Origin: Octopus bimaculoides
Taxonomy: Eukaryota
DNA length: 64,000 bases
Direction of reading: 5' to 3'
NCBI RefSeq assembly: GCF_001194135.2
Contig: NC_068983.1
Location: 113,966,399-114,030,398, forward strand
The notes under the pieces are model-generated. The model searched no databases. It was not told the origin of the DNA and worked only from the letters and a program-made list of their open reading frames with translations. Positions 1 to 12,937 of this stretch are shown here, in pieces; positions within the stretch are counted from its first letter, which is position 1; the number at the start of each line of letters is the position of its first letter. Both the position numbers and the translations under genes were made by a program.

Positions 1-3000
1 GATGGCAGTGTGTGATTTGAGGGAAATTTGACTATTTCCAGCAAGTCAAAAGTTTGTGTATCTAGCAACACCACTATCCCTGACGTGGAAGTAGCACCCT
101 TCTGATGGCCTTTGGTAAGCTTTGTTGAGGGTAGCAATTGGTCATAACTGAAGTGTTTAAAGGCTGTGAAGAGAACTGAGGGTTTTAATTGTATGGTGTC
201 CCAAACGAGAACTTGAAGTACATGATTATTTCCTTGATATGAACAGTGATTGTGCTTTTGTTCTGTTTAAGGATACTGGATTGTCATGACTCCTCTGAAG
301 TATTATTTTCAAGGTTTCCATTCTGAGGGTAATGCAAGTTTGGCATTTGGTGTCTAGGTTGCTTATGGATAACACGTGTGCATAAGGTGGATAAAGAATG
401 AAAAGTTGTATCTCCTGCATAAAAGTCAGTGTTGCTTGGTGACAACATGAAAGTTATTAATGTACAGAAGACCTTGGGTCACACTAAAGTTGATAGTGGA
501 TCAGAATCTCATCAGTGCACACTGTGATGGTGCAATCTGACTGGAAGGTTCCATTTTAGTTGTTTAATGACAGTTTAGTGTTTTGCAAGTGTCAGAGGCA
601 ACAAATGTCTTCAACCAAAGTTCTCATGATAAGGGGTCACTGATGTATCACTAGTGGATCAGGTTTTGTTGAATGAAAAGGATGCAGTTAGAAGCAAAAG
701 AAATAGCAAATATGGCAACTTTGTCTACAGGATATTACTTACAGATATTAAGAAATAATATTCTTACTATAAGAATCCTGTATCTTAAGAAATTATAAAC
801 TTGTCTCTTAAACTTTGAAAAGGTTTTAAAAACTGGGTTGCTTTGCTTCTATTTATGATTTAGATGCTGAATTACAAACTCATCAGTTTTAATTTCAAAC
901 CTTGCTAGAAATTGTTACTGTTGAGCTTTTGCTCAGATTTAATTGAGAAACATGTTGGTAGTTCTTTGTTCTAGATAAGTCATACATCCACTTAATAGAG
1001 ACCTAAACCATGCATTGAAACATGTAGTGGTTTGTCATAGTGTTGTGTCAGTGAAGCTATATTTTTGTTTTTATTGTTCAGTCTCTCTTTGTATGCCAGT
1101 AGTTCTGGCCATAATCATAGCAAGGACATGCAAGGTGAACTCAGTCAGAAAACGGCAGTTGTTCTTCTACACTTTGGACTCAACATCTTATAAGTGTGTG
1201 ACTCTGATGATGTTAGTGATGCAATCCTGTGTGTGTGTGCATGTGTTTTATATTTGTTTTCATTGATAGAAAGAGATTGAAAATGTTTTGGGAATGGTGT
1301 TGTAATGTTCCATAGTGTGTACATGTTTATAGGTGTTTAGAAGTGATAGACTTTGTGTAGCAGTGGTAGACTCTGTAAGGGTTACAGTTTGCTACAGCAA
1401 CAAAATAGGCTCCCATGAATATCCTGGTGGCCCCAACATTTTTTGTTTCATTGTGTAGGTTGCTGTTAATGTTGTCTGTGTGTAATCTGTAATTTGCTAA
1501 TAGCATTTGTTGCTTTGCCTCAAGTCAGCTTTAGTTGAGTAGACCTATGTTCAAAGGCATTCCAGCTCTGAGTGAATAGACTTAGGATCAAATCACACCC
1601 CATGATTTTTAGCTAGTGTATCTGGAGGTACATTATCCCACATGTCTTTTCTCTTTTTTAATACAGTAGGGTGTTATTTGAGGGTGATTTGGGTGCTATC
1701 TTTAAAAAGTTGAACAACTGTGTAATATTAGTTTGAATAGTTGGTGTTGTTGAAGCCCAATTTAGCCCATGGTCAAGCAGATCTATTGTCAAAGGTTTTC
1801 AACTCAGACATTTCTGGAGCTGGGAGGATGGATCATTTCCAGCATTTGTTACTAGTGTTGAGTTATGCTTAATATTAGCTGTCAGTCCCATTCACAGTTA
1901 AGTCAGATGCCTAAAATTATGGCCTACAATTTTTAACCATTCAGTGCATACCCACAAGAAAAAGCAAAAAACAAAAAAAAAAACTTTTTGGAATATTTCA
2001 ATGAGATTAATATTTTAGGAAGTAGCTATTTCCCATATTACATATTTTTATCTACTTCACAGCTAGTCATAGTTAATATATTGTTGGAGTTAAACAATTG
2101 GTTCTATTTTATCTGCTTCACTCCTAGTCATGACTTGATTGGAAGACAGTGAGTGGTTTAAACCTAATCTCAATGTCCTGCTTACTAAGCAAAACATTTA
2201 ATAAGACTGTTGATCAGCATATTACTTTCAATATGACAGCTGACCAGTTGTTTTGACATTAGAATCACTTTACTTATCAATGACACCATTAGAGGTGGAG
2301 GCGGTGTTAGTGGAAGAACAAGGTGACTCATAGTTGTCTATCTCATTGTTATTCATAGCACACTCTATACTTTATATAGTCTCATATATCTGTTTGTAAT
2401 GTCTTTTACCTTTCTGTCCAGCAGGCAAATAGGATCGTTATTACTTTCATCATCATCAGCTTATATATATATCTTCATTGTCCTTAAATGGTATTTGTAA
2501 AATTATGTCACACAATTTTAAATTAACAGTAGAGGTCACTAAATTATTAAACAATGTTTGTTTTATGTGTTTGGCTCACTGGTTATTTCTTCCTCTCGTA
2601 TATGTCACTACACACATATATGCATGTACGTAATCAAATTACCCTGACCTGCATTATTACAGTAATTTTCAGATGTGTTAATTACTTTTGTTGGATGGTA
2701 TCTCAACTACTTTTAGTTTCCCCCTCTCTGTTTTATCATCATTTGCCATTTGTATTTATCTACTTCATAGATTATCTTTTATCTTCTACTTATTTCAGTC
2801 ATTGGGCTGTGGCCATGCTGGGGTACCACCTTGAAGGATTTAAGTTGAATGACTCAGCCTCTGTACTTATTATTATTATGTAATTTTATTTATTTATTTT
2901 TTGTAATCCCTTGTACTTATTCTATTGATCTCTTTTGCTGAACCTATCAGTTACAGGGACACAAAGCAACACTAGTTGTCAGGTGGTAGTGGTGGGGACA

Positions 3001-3280
3001 CAAACAAATATACCTATACATGTGTATGTTTGTGTGAGTATATTTATATAATTGTTAAAAATACGTTCGTGTCTACTTCTAGATATTTACACTATTATGA
3101 CTATAACCTACATAGATTTACGCAGGATTGCACCTAAAGACTTATGGACTAACATCTACATGATTGGAAAGTTTAACTGTGAACTTTTATACTTTTTTCT
3201 CTTTCTTAATCTCATTCCTTTTCTCTTGTCCTCTGTGTTGTAATTTCAATTAATCTATACCCTTCTCATTTTCCCTATTT

Positions 3281-3336
3281 GTCTCCGATGACAGAATATT
3301 CTAAACTATGGGATATCCCAGAAACAACTGTAAGAC
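3281..3336 (+). ncRNA. Degenerate type I hammerhead-like motif, family B (CCGAUGA core)
   Basis: GTCT-CCGATGA-[29 nt containing GGGATATCCC]-GAAA-CAACT-GTA-AGAC. Stem I GTCT/AGAC; the base of stem II is disrupted. Same layout as 41273-41321. Confidence 0.45.
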
Positions 3337-4357
3337 TTTGAATTTTTCCAATAATAATAATGTATATGACTTGAGATGTTTGTCTTGCCTTAACATTTGT
3401 TGTCCTCTTTAACAATTATATATCTGCTATATCCGAAATCTACAATGATTCCATAACTCCTAATGATTTTTATTACTTTTATTCCTACCTCAGTTCATCT
3501 AATTGTATATTTGTATATATCTATCGTTACTTTTCATAAAAGGCCTTTACTTTCTTTGATTTCCAATATGCAATTTTGCTTATTTTTCTTCTTACTTCTT
3601 TCCCCTTACATTTCCACATGTAGTTTCTATTTTCTTTTGGTAACATATTTCTATTAGATAGATATACTAGCAATGCATCCCAGCATTGGCCGGATGTTCT
3701 GACCTACAGTCACTTTGTATTATTTGTTCCTTTCTTATGGGCAGAATCAGCACAGCTGATATATAGTGAACTGGATTACTGGTGTAATGGAAGTTATTGT
3801 TTGTTTAGAAATGAATTGGGCAAGGGTACAATTTGCATGGGTTTGAATGAAAGTGCTTTTTGTTCTTAAGAAGGATCACAAACTATGTATTGTTTCATCG
3901 TATAAAAGGGGTTAATACAATTTTGCCCAGAAATCACATTTTAAAAATTTTAATTTTCCCCTGTCCCCACTGAAATTTCTTAATTTGTAACATTTTTTCG
4001 AATTTTTGTTTTATCGACCTAGAAAAATACAGATTACGAATCTGGGAAATTACTTAACAATGCCCTTTCCCTCACCTTGCCCACCCATCACTTACCTGCT
4101 TTCAAAAAGTTAAAACCTCCCAATGTTTCACACATGCATAGAATTGTACTGAAATACCAGACGACCACCAGTAAACCTGATATGTTAGAAACAACAGGTA
4201 AATGACATTATTTCTGAAGAAACTTCCCCAATTTCCAAGAAGATTAAAGTGAAACATTGGGAGTTTGTAGCTTTTTGAAAGTGATGGGTAGATGTTTGGG
4301 AAGATTTTAGTGTTTCCTTTTAAAAAAAAAGGAAGAAGAAAATTCTTAAAGATTCGT

Positions 4358-4677
4358 NNNNNNNNNNNNNNNNNNNNNNNNNNNNNNNNNNNNNNNNNNN
4401 NNNNNNNNNNNNNNNNNNNNNNNNNNNNNNNNNNNNNNNNNNNNNNNNNNNNNNNNNNNNNNNNNNNNNNNNNNNNNNNNNNNNNNNNNNNNNNNNNNNN
4501 NNNNNNNNNNNNNNNNNNNNNNNNNNNNNNNNNNNNNNNNNNNNNNNNNNNNNNNNNNNNNNNNNNNNNNNNNNNNNNNNNNNNNNNNNNNNNNNNNNNN
4601 NNNNNNNNNNNNNNNNNNNNNNNNNNNNNNNNNNNNNNNNNNNNNNNNNNNNNNNNNNNNNNNNNNNNNNNNNNNNN
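4358..4677. other. Assembly gap (other gaps: 16915-16924, 46274-46477, 49345-49621, 59569-59578)
   Basis: Runs of N. Confidence 1.
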
Positions 4678-5367
4678 TTTTTAAATATTAAGAATGTGTT
4701 TTTTTTTAGTGAAATCCAAATCTCTTGTATAGAAAACATAGGAATTGGAAGAAATTCAGGAAAAAAATAAGTAGTGGGGCACAAATGTCACCTCGGACAT
4801 GCTAGAAACAACAGGTAAAGGACAGGATTTCTGGGAAAAGTTTATATTAAAGATCAGATTTTTAAATATGCTCATCACAAACACAAATTACAGAATAGAA
4901 AAAGGTCATTTCAATTGGATTTGAGCTGTAATTTTGCGTGTGCACACAGCAAGAAATAACATAATTTATACAGAAGTTTTACCTAGAGTGTGTGTATGCC
5001 AAAGGAAGTTATTTTATGGCATTCTTTCATTTGAAGCAGCAGTGTTGTCAACTTGATTATAGAAGATCATATAACTGTTCATTAATTTCCGTAAAAAAAT
5101 TTTTTCTTTCTTTATGCTTTGAAGAGAGCAGGAATTGAAAGAGAGGAGGAAGTGAAAAGGAAACATTTGCTTTGAAGTGAGATCAGAAAGTGAAAGATGT
5201 ATGTACGTGTATATGAAATGGATGTGTGTGTGTGTGTGAGAGTGAGTGAGTGAAGGTTTGTGATGTATGTGTTTTTTTTTGCATGTATGTGTAAGTGGCA
5301 CTCACTCGCTCTCTCTCCCTATCTATCTTTCATATACATGTACATAAATACATATGCATACATCTAT

Positions 5368-6265
5368 TTTATACTGGGAGAAAAACAAAATTAACTGAAG
5401 TGGGTGTCAGGAGAGAAAATATTGACTTTCATAAAGTCAAAAAGATAAATGGAAAAGAAACAGTTTGCAGACTGTGTTCGCTGCTAAAAAGAAAAACTAC
5501 AAAAGGGTATCTGATTGAGACTTCGTATATGTGTTTCTTTTGCAAAGTGCCTTTGTGTAAAAGATGCTTTGGGCAGTTTCATGACAGAAATATGTCATAA
5601 CTATATTATTTTATCATATATTCTTTTTCATTTTATTATAAATAATATGTGAAAGTGAGAAATAAATATTAATTTTCAGTATGTTACACACCTGTATTCA
5701 CCTTTGTCTCGCCTGTTAATGAGATTTTTTTTATTAGATGCATCCTGTTACCTAAATGAATTCATTAAATTGTATAAAAGTACATAGTCAATGGTGTATT
5801 GACTAGTAAAAGAGTTTTGTACTTTATTTTCAATGAAATATAGAGAAAGAATAAAATCTTGTACTAATTACACCTGTATTTCAATTAATTCAAATTAATG
5901 TACCTCATCTTGAAAAATGTAAAATTGTTGGCAGTTGACATCTGGGATAATTTTAGTTACAAATGAAACAAGTAAGATGTATTAAGAATATGAATTTTAG
6001 TGTTTATTCATAATGTTATTGTTTTTAGACCTGTTAATTAAATTTTCCTGCCCATAAAAGTCAAATTCAATCAGAAAGATTAGCTAAAATTATATAACTA
6101 TAAACCACTGGCATATAAGCACCCATTTACAAAATTTCAAATCTGTATGTAGAAAATTAACAAGTTGCAAGCAAATATTGTGGAAACCACTTAAACTTGA
6201 ATAAATCAAAATTAATGTGAACAGATAAGCATTACATTTGACAAATTAATCTGAACACTAAAGGG
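5368..6265 (+). mobile_element. piggyBac-like transposon 3' remnant: C-terminal cysteine-rich domain plus TTAA-flanked end
   Basis: ORF tail H...CRLC...TSYMCFFCKVPLCKRCFGQFH* (stop 5600) is typical of the piggyBac transposase CRD. The end ...ctgaacactaaaggg|ttaa at 6265-6269 matches the terminus of the MITE at 33439. Confidence 0.7.
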
Positions 6266-7379
6266 TTAAAGCTTCTGTGGACTCCTGTTTTACAGCTATG
6301 TAAATCAAATCAAAGAAGAATAAAGTATTTTGCTGAGGACCACACTGAAATGCTAGTGATGCATTTGAATTGAGGATCCATGAGAAGATAGTCCCAAAAT
6401 TTACCAGTTTGAACTGTTGCCTCTATCAGTGGAAATCTAGATATAACAGTACTTTACTAGACAAAATACCAATCAGTCACTTATTGAAAATCTGATTTTT
6501 TGAAATGTAAACAAGCTAGAAAGAGAAGTTACTCATCAGACTAGAAGTAATATCGATTATGCTTAATGTACGGAGGTCATGCTCTGTATCTATCTTAATT
6601 AATTGGTCTGGATGGCTTTAACATTGTTGAGCCATTGCAGCAATGTTAAGTCATAAGATAATATTGGAGAGAGAGAGAGACAGACAGATTATCATTAATA
6701 TTATCAAACATTGACAAATGGCATACACATGAGATAGAGCCCCCACTACTGAACTTAGGCACAAATTTCACTGATTTGTTTTCTTTCATAATCAATAAAT
6801 CACATTTAATCTGTTGAAATAATTAACCATAGAAATGCTTCTTTGCCAAGAATAATTATTGCTTCTTAAATACTAAAATACACATTTTCAAAATGATACT
6901 GAGTTTAAAGGAAGCCCTAATATATGTAGCACTGTCTGTTGCTGATTCAATCAAGTTCCCTCTTGAGAGTAAAGGGGTATATTGTTACTCATTATCATAT
7001 GTTAACTTAATTGTAATAACCTTGATAGTTTAAATGATGACGATGTTATAATAAAAGGCCACAAATTTGGAGAGATGAGTGTAGTTAGTTAAATTAATCC
7101 CATGTGCTGGACTGGTACTTATTTTATCAATGCCAGAAAAATGAAAACCAAAGTTGATCTTAATGAGATTCAGATTCCAAATATCCTTATTCATCTCTCC
7201 ATATAGAAGATAACTATGACATCACTATTGGATTGGTTGGAGCATGATTACATATCAATATGTAGGCAGCCCAAAACGTTCTCAGTATCCTCAACTCTTA
7301 CTTCTAGCTTGCTCAGAAGTTACACTGCAATATGAGGTTGTGCTGGATAAATATCTCAAAAGCAAGATTCTCCCAGCAT

Positions 7380-7700
7380 TCTGGATTGACCTTGAAGTCT
7401 TTTAGGGAGACCAAGAATATTCTACACACCAAGTGAATGTTTCCTCACTTACCAAAACAAAAAATGTTTCAGCAGTTCTGGCATTGTAGTCAGGCAGTAC
7501 ATGCTTCACAATTGAGAAACCTGTGTTTGAGATGTTGTCCTGCCAATTAATGTACAGCATTCTGTGAAAGCAGTTCGGTTGGAATCTTAAGCTCATTCTG
7601 TCTAATACAGCTGAATTTACCAAACCATTACTCTCCATAACAATAATTTTCATCCCCAGCACTGAGAGTCTATATTGTTTAGAGCATGGAGTCAATGAAG
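7380..7700 (-). mobile_element. Decayed RTE-like LINE RT C-terminal fragment
   Basis: FHRMLYINWQDNISNT resembles the RTE motif LRxILxIxWQDxITNxEV. Confidence 0.5.
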
Positions 7701-8299
7701 ACTATCTTCTCTTTAACAAATGATCAAAGATATTTCATAAATGTGTTTTCTTTCATTTTCCCCTTAACTGTCACAAATATAGGTAAGAGTATCAATGTCA
7801 CTCATGGAGGGAATTGTATTTTTATGAAATTATAACAGCCAAGCCAACAACAAGGTGAAAGATATCCACAGAAGTTCAAATTGTCGACCACAAGTTTCTC
7901 TCTCCATGTAAAGAGCAAACTGTATGAGGCAAAGATTGCTTATCTTAAACAGCTCAATGTTATATGATCACATAACAGGAATGAAAGCAGAAGATCTGTA
8001 AAAAATGAAGAGCAGCAAACTGAGTTTATTGTAGAATAATTGACAAGAATAGCTGAGTACAAGTGAATTGAAAAAGTAGTTTGGCTTTAAGAGTTAGTGC
8101 ATATATGACAAAGCAGACAATTATGCTAGTAGGGATACATAACGCAAATGGACAGGTATTAATGGGAGTGGGAAGATAAATAAATAAAATATTAAGTATT
8201 TTAAGGAAACAGTTGAAGGTCACTTTTGGGCAATATTTCAATTTGCTCCTAATGTTTCACTTTCATCCGATGTTTCATACATGTATAGAATTCTACTCT

Positions 8300-8595
8300 G
8301 ACAGCGCAACTAGAAAACCGCTGCAAAGTAGCACAAAACAACCAATAATTCAAACAGTAATAAACAAACTTCAGCTCACCAGAATGTTGAACAAACATTG
8401 TAAAAAAACCATGTGGTCTAAACAATTTCACAGCATTTATACTTGAATAAAGGCGGGAAAGGCTTCATCTCACATTATCTCAAAGCTACGAGAATCCAAT
8501 AACGTGATTTGTTTATGTTTTTAGTGATACGGCCGGATTTGGCCGGTTTGAACAAATAAAGGGGAATTAATTTTGGCTGGTTTGAACATTAAAGG
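8300..8595 (-). mobile_element. piggyBac-like terminus with subterminal repeats (TTAA-flanked)
   Basis: ggccggtttgaac and ggctggtttgaac repeats ending aaaggg|ttaa (8596-8599); same end type as the MITEs at 33439 and 42843. The left boundary is uncertain. Confidence 0.5.
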
Positions 8596-8964
8596 GTTAA
8601 GGAGTTCCACAAGTAAAAGATTGTAATTTGTGGGTCCATCTATAAATTTTATGTACTAGGAGAGGTACCTGGGTTTATTGAAATTTTCAAGATTTGTATT
8701 TGGAATTTATGATATGAATATAACGAAATTGTTTCATTGCTAGTTTTTACTAACCTACAAACAAATATTTTATTTCAAAAATTTACATGTGCATTTATGG
8801 GGTCCACAGATAATAAGATAGCTCTCAGGGGATCCACAAACAAAATAAGGTTGGGAACCCCTGTACTAGACCATCTGTAAATGTTACCTGTGAATAGACT
8901 GGAATCCTATGTGGTGAGAAGATTTGCTCAGCCACTAAATATCACCAAACTCAACAAAAGCTAG

Positions 8965-9135
8965 TGTCTGTGTGGTAAGATGTTTACTTCCCAACCACAT
9001 GGTTCCAGGTTCAGTCCCGCTATATGACAACTCAGGCAAGTGTCTTCCACTATAGTTTCAGGTCAGCAAAAGCCTTATGAGTGAATTTGGTTGACAGAAA
9101 CTAAAAGAAGCCCATTGTGTGTGTGTGTGTGTGTA
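8965..9135 (+). mobile_element. tRNA-derived SINE, family A (gctgtgtggtaag head) ending in (GT)n
   Basis: Head tgtgtggtaag...ggttcagtccc, CORE-like ggcaagtgtcttc; further copies near 9780, 10820, 11085 and 31560. Confidence 0.75.
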
Positions 9136-9209
9136 TTGGTTTCTTTTGCCAAACCGCTAAGTTATGGACCATGTAAACAAACTAGCACTGGTTGTCAAAC
9201 AGTGATGGG

Positions 9210-9392
9210 ACATACACACACACACACACACATACATGACAGGCTTCTTTCAGTATCCCTCTACTAAATCCATTCACAAGGCTTTGGTCAGCCTGAGGCT
9301 ATTGTAGAAGACACTTGCTTAAGATGCCATGCAATGGGACTGAACCCGTAACCATGTGGTTGGAGAGCAAGCATCTTACCACACAGTCATGC
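9210..9392 (-). mobile_element. tRNA-derived SINE, family A, inverted relative to 8965-9135
   Basis: Reverse-complement copy preceded by (CA)n. Confidence 0.75.
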
Positions 9393-11084
9393 TTATGTCT
9401 AAATTCAGAATGCATAATGTTAAGAAGAATATAACAGAAGGAATGCAGAATAGCGTACTAGTCTTTAAAATGTTCATCTAGTGTTGGTCCTTTGAACCAA
9501 AGAAAGAAATCTATAAGTTTTGCTAGAAATAGATACCAAATCTTCCTAAAATTTCAATGTGCTGTTTTAAAAATGGAAAAAATACATTGAGTAATGTAGT
9601 TCTTGATACGTTGCGTTGTCTCTAGGGAGAAAAAGAAAAGGAAGAGAGAAACTGGTTCATGTCATACATTTGACAAATCCGGACTGACTTTGTGTTAAAT
9701 AAGTTGTAGTTCCTGTTTCTTAAAACTAATTTCTTTGTTGAAACCGTCTCTTACTTGTAAGTTCTTTCTTCTGTGTCTATTCTGTGGTTCTGGGTTCAGT
9801 CCTACTGTGTGGCACTTTGGGCAAGTGTCTTCTACTATAGCCTCAGGCTGACCAAAGCCTTGTGAGCGGATTTAGTAGACAGAAACTGAAAGAAGCCCTT
9901 TGTGTGTGTATGTGTGTGTTTGTGTCTATGTTTATCCCCCCATCACTGGGGTGACCAGTGTTGGTGTGTTTACGTCCCTGTAACATAGCGGTTTAGCAAA
10001 GGAGACCAATAGAATAAGTGCCAGGCTTAACGAGAATTAAGTACTGAGGTTGATTCATTTGACTAAAAATTATTGTTCAAGGCAGTGCACCAGCATGGCT
10101 GCAGTCTAATGATTGAAACAAGCATAAGATAAAAGATAATAAAATAAAATTATGTTCATCTTACAAAACTAGATCTAACTTCATTTAACCAATATCATTA
10201 GAAAAGATAAATCCACTGACAGTTTTCAGAGATCTAATTTCAGCCGACCTTCTTACATCATTTTCACCAACTTCAGAGGACCTGAACTTTCCACGCAGCT
10301 TTGGTATTAGCTGTTAGCCTATTTCAAGGAAGAGAATATTTGTAAGATGTCTTGGTAGACATTCAACATCATATTTCTGTTCTCCTCTTTGTTAAATACT
10401 CAAGGAAACACCATGACCTTCTTTCAACTCATGAACGATGCATAACTAAAAACAAAGAAAACATTCACAGTATCTACAAATATTAGCCTTTGTGACAACC
10501 ACAAATGTATTTATAAACTTGTCCTTAATTCCTTCCTTAAGATCTAAGGCTTCTCTTTTCAAAAGCATAGGATAATATTACATACACATCTGGGATGGTG
10601 CATTACTATATCCTCTGTTTCTTCTACCACAGTTATTGCACTACTCCACTGAAGTAGTAAGTCAATGCACATTCCATCTGTTTCATTACTGAGTTTCACT
10701 TCTGAAACCCTATGTGACACCATTTCCTCTTGGGACAAAACTAGCAGCAATTAGTTTATAGCTTACAAAACTAGCAGAAAGACTGCTCTCTTGGGGACAC
10801 ATAAATGACTGGCCTCTTTCAGCTTCTGTCTACCAAATCCACAAAAAAGGCTTTGGTTTGTCCAAGGTGTCATGTAGTGGGACTGAATCTGGAACCATGT
10901 GGCTGGGAAGCAAATTTCTTAGTGCACAGCTACACCTGTGCCTATTATATTGGAATTTGTGAGAATTTTTTTAGTGAAATTTTCTACAAATAACTTTCTG
11001 AAGGTTTACTTTTTACTTGTTTCAGTCATTTGACTGTGGCCATGCTGGAGCACCGCCTTTAATCAAGCAAATCAACCCCCAGGA

Positions 11085-11275
11085 CTTATTCTTTCAGTTT
11101 CTGTCTACCAAATCCACTCACAAGGCTTTGGTTGGCCCAAGGCTATAGTAGAAGACACTTGCCCAAGGTGCCATGCAGTGGTACTGAACCCAGAATCATG
11201 TGGTTGGTAAGCAAGCTACCTACCACACAGCCACTCCTGCGCCTAGCTACTTACCACACAGCCACTCCTGTGCCT
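11085..11275 (-). mobile_element. SINE family A copy with tandem duplication of about 30 nt of its head
   Basis: gctac(c/t)taccacacagccactcctg(c/t)gcct occurs twice at about 11215-11275. Confidence 0.7.
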
Positions 11276-12869
11276 TTAGATAATGATTATATAGGAATTT
11301 AATGTGAAAAAAAATAATTGGGGAATTGGGATATCTCGTACATATCAACTTGTTTCCTCAATGTTTCGAAGATTGAATTACAGTTATGTTGAAAATAAAG
11401 ATTATTTTTGAGACCCATGTGTTCCCTTCTATTTCTAGCCATACTAAACAACCATATAGGGGATAGACCACCTTCCAGACTATTTAAAAGAGAGAAATTA
11501 AGATTGCAGTAAAATACTGAAAGAAATATGTATTCAATAATTAATGTTTGCATTGTACACTGCTTTCTAGAAAGATTTCTTTCATAGAATTTCCAGGAAA
11601 GGGTGGAATAGTTCTCAAAAGTAATTTTTTTTTCAACATAATTGTTATGAAAACATCAAAATGTATCATCATCATCATCGTTTAACGTCCGCTTTCCATG
11701 CTAGCATGGGTTGGACGATTTGACTGAGGACTGGTGAAACCGGATGGCAACACCAGGCTCCAATCTAATTTGGCAGAGGAGGAAAATAAATTTGAGATGC
11801 ATGAAATAAATATCCCCTCCTCATTTAGTTTTCACATTAAATTTTGATATAGTCTAGGTCATCAGAAAAGTTTTTGTAGAAAATTTCACTAAAAAATATC
11901 TACTTTCCTGAATGTTATGAAGAGACAAAATGTCCAGTTGACATAAGTAAATTAAAGCTAATTTTCTTATTCAGTTTTCTGTTTCTTCAACAACACCCAA
12001 CAAATATGAAAAAATACTGGAATCAACATAATTTGGTCGATGCTGAATTAAACTTATAATTTGTAGAAAGTAGTGTTGAAAATGTTAGGCGACATTTATT
12101 TCCAGATGTATAAACAGATATTACAAAATACTGCCCCGCAGTAAAATGATATGACCCATTGTATAACATTTGTGATTGAAGCGTGTATTTGAAATATTCA
12201 GTAATAGAAGTTACAAGATCTGCATTTCGATAAGAATATATTAAAACTGGAATTTATAGAAATTTTCCAGACAGTCTAACCCTTAATGATTGCGTTTTTT
12301 TTTTTTTTTTTTTTGGAACAAAATTACATTTTTTTTTTTTAATTTCAAAAGTTAGGTGAAAAGAATTTTAAATAAATCATGAAATGTTAGTGTATAACCA
12401 TGCACTAAAGGCATTTGACTCAAGATTATTCCATCTATTTCACTGGCTATAATTATCCAGTGTCTCTCTCTCCCCTCTATTTTTTCAAGGTGGTCAGTTA
12501 TAATTTTAGTGAAATTTGATTGTTGCTGTTTCTGGCAAGTTGTGTAACCATATAAATACTCTTTTCTCAGTTCAGGTGGAGCTCTATTTATATAAACTAT
12601 GGTCAACAACAACAGTACATTTTACAGTTTAAATGAGAAGAAATTTGAAATTAAACATAAGCAACTTCTCTCTTTCAGAATTTACTACAATAAGCAAAAC
12701 AAACTGTCTCAATATCTTCCTCCTCTGCTCCAACTTGTTTGTCTCTCTTTTATTTGTATGTTTGTTGTTCTTTACTCCTTCACTCTCTGCCTCTCTACTC
12801 TCTCTCTCTCTCCCCTTTTCTATATCCCTTGTTTTCTCTCTATTAACTCCATTTTACTTATTCCATCAG

Positions 12870-12937
12870 GACTGTGAGAATATGGTTGAAGCGAGACACT
12901 GGACAGTATTGGCCAAGTGTATGCCATTCTATGCCCT
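12870..12937 (+). CDS. WDFY2: WDFY2 exon 2 (68 nt)
   Basis: ttccatcag|G...CCCT|gtaagt; encodes (R)[22 protein letters not shown]. Confidence 0.95.

Noticed and set aside
4292-4784. Long ORFs in the ORF track here and at 46121-46614 and 49253-49694
   Set aside because: They are open only because they run through N gaps.
3660-4990. Possible Helitron-like element (TACTAGC start with a small hairpin, 34-nt direct repeat at 4183-4216 and 4800-4833, CTAG near 4985)
   Set aside because: A gap interrupts it, I found no clear 3' hairpin or coding remnant, and the boundaries cannot be supported.
1-12869. WDFY2 exon 1
   Set aside because: No segment encoding the expected N-terminus (MAAEI...SVSxDR) followed by a phase-2 donor was found; it probably lies upstream of the window.
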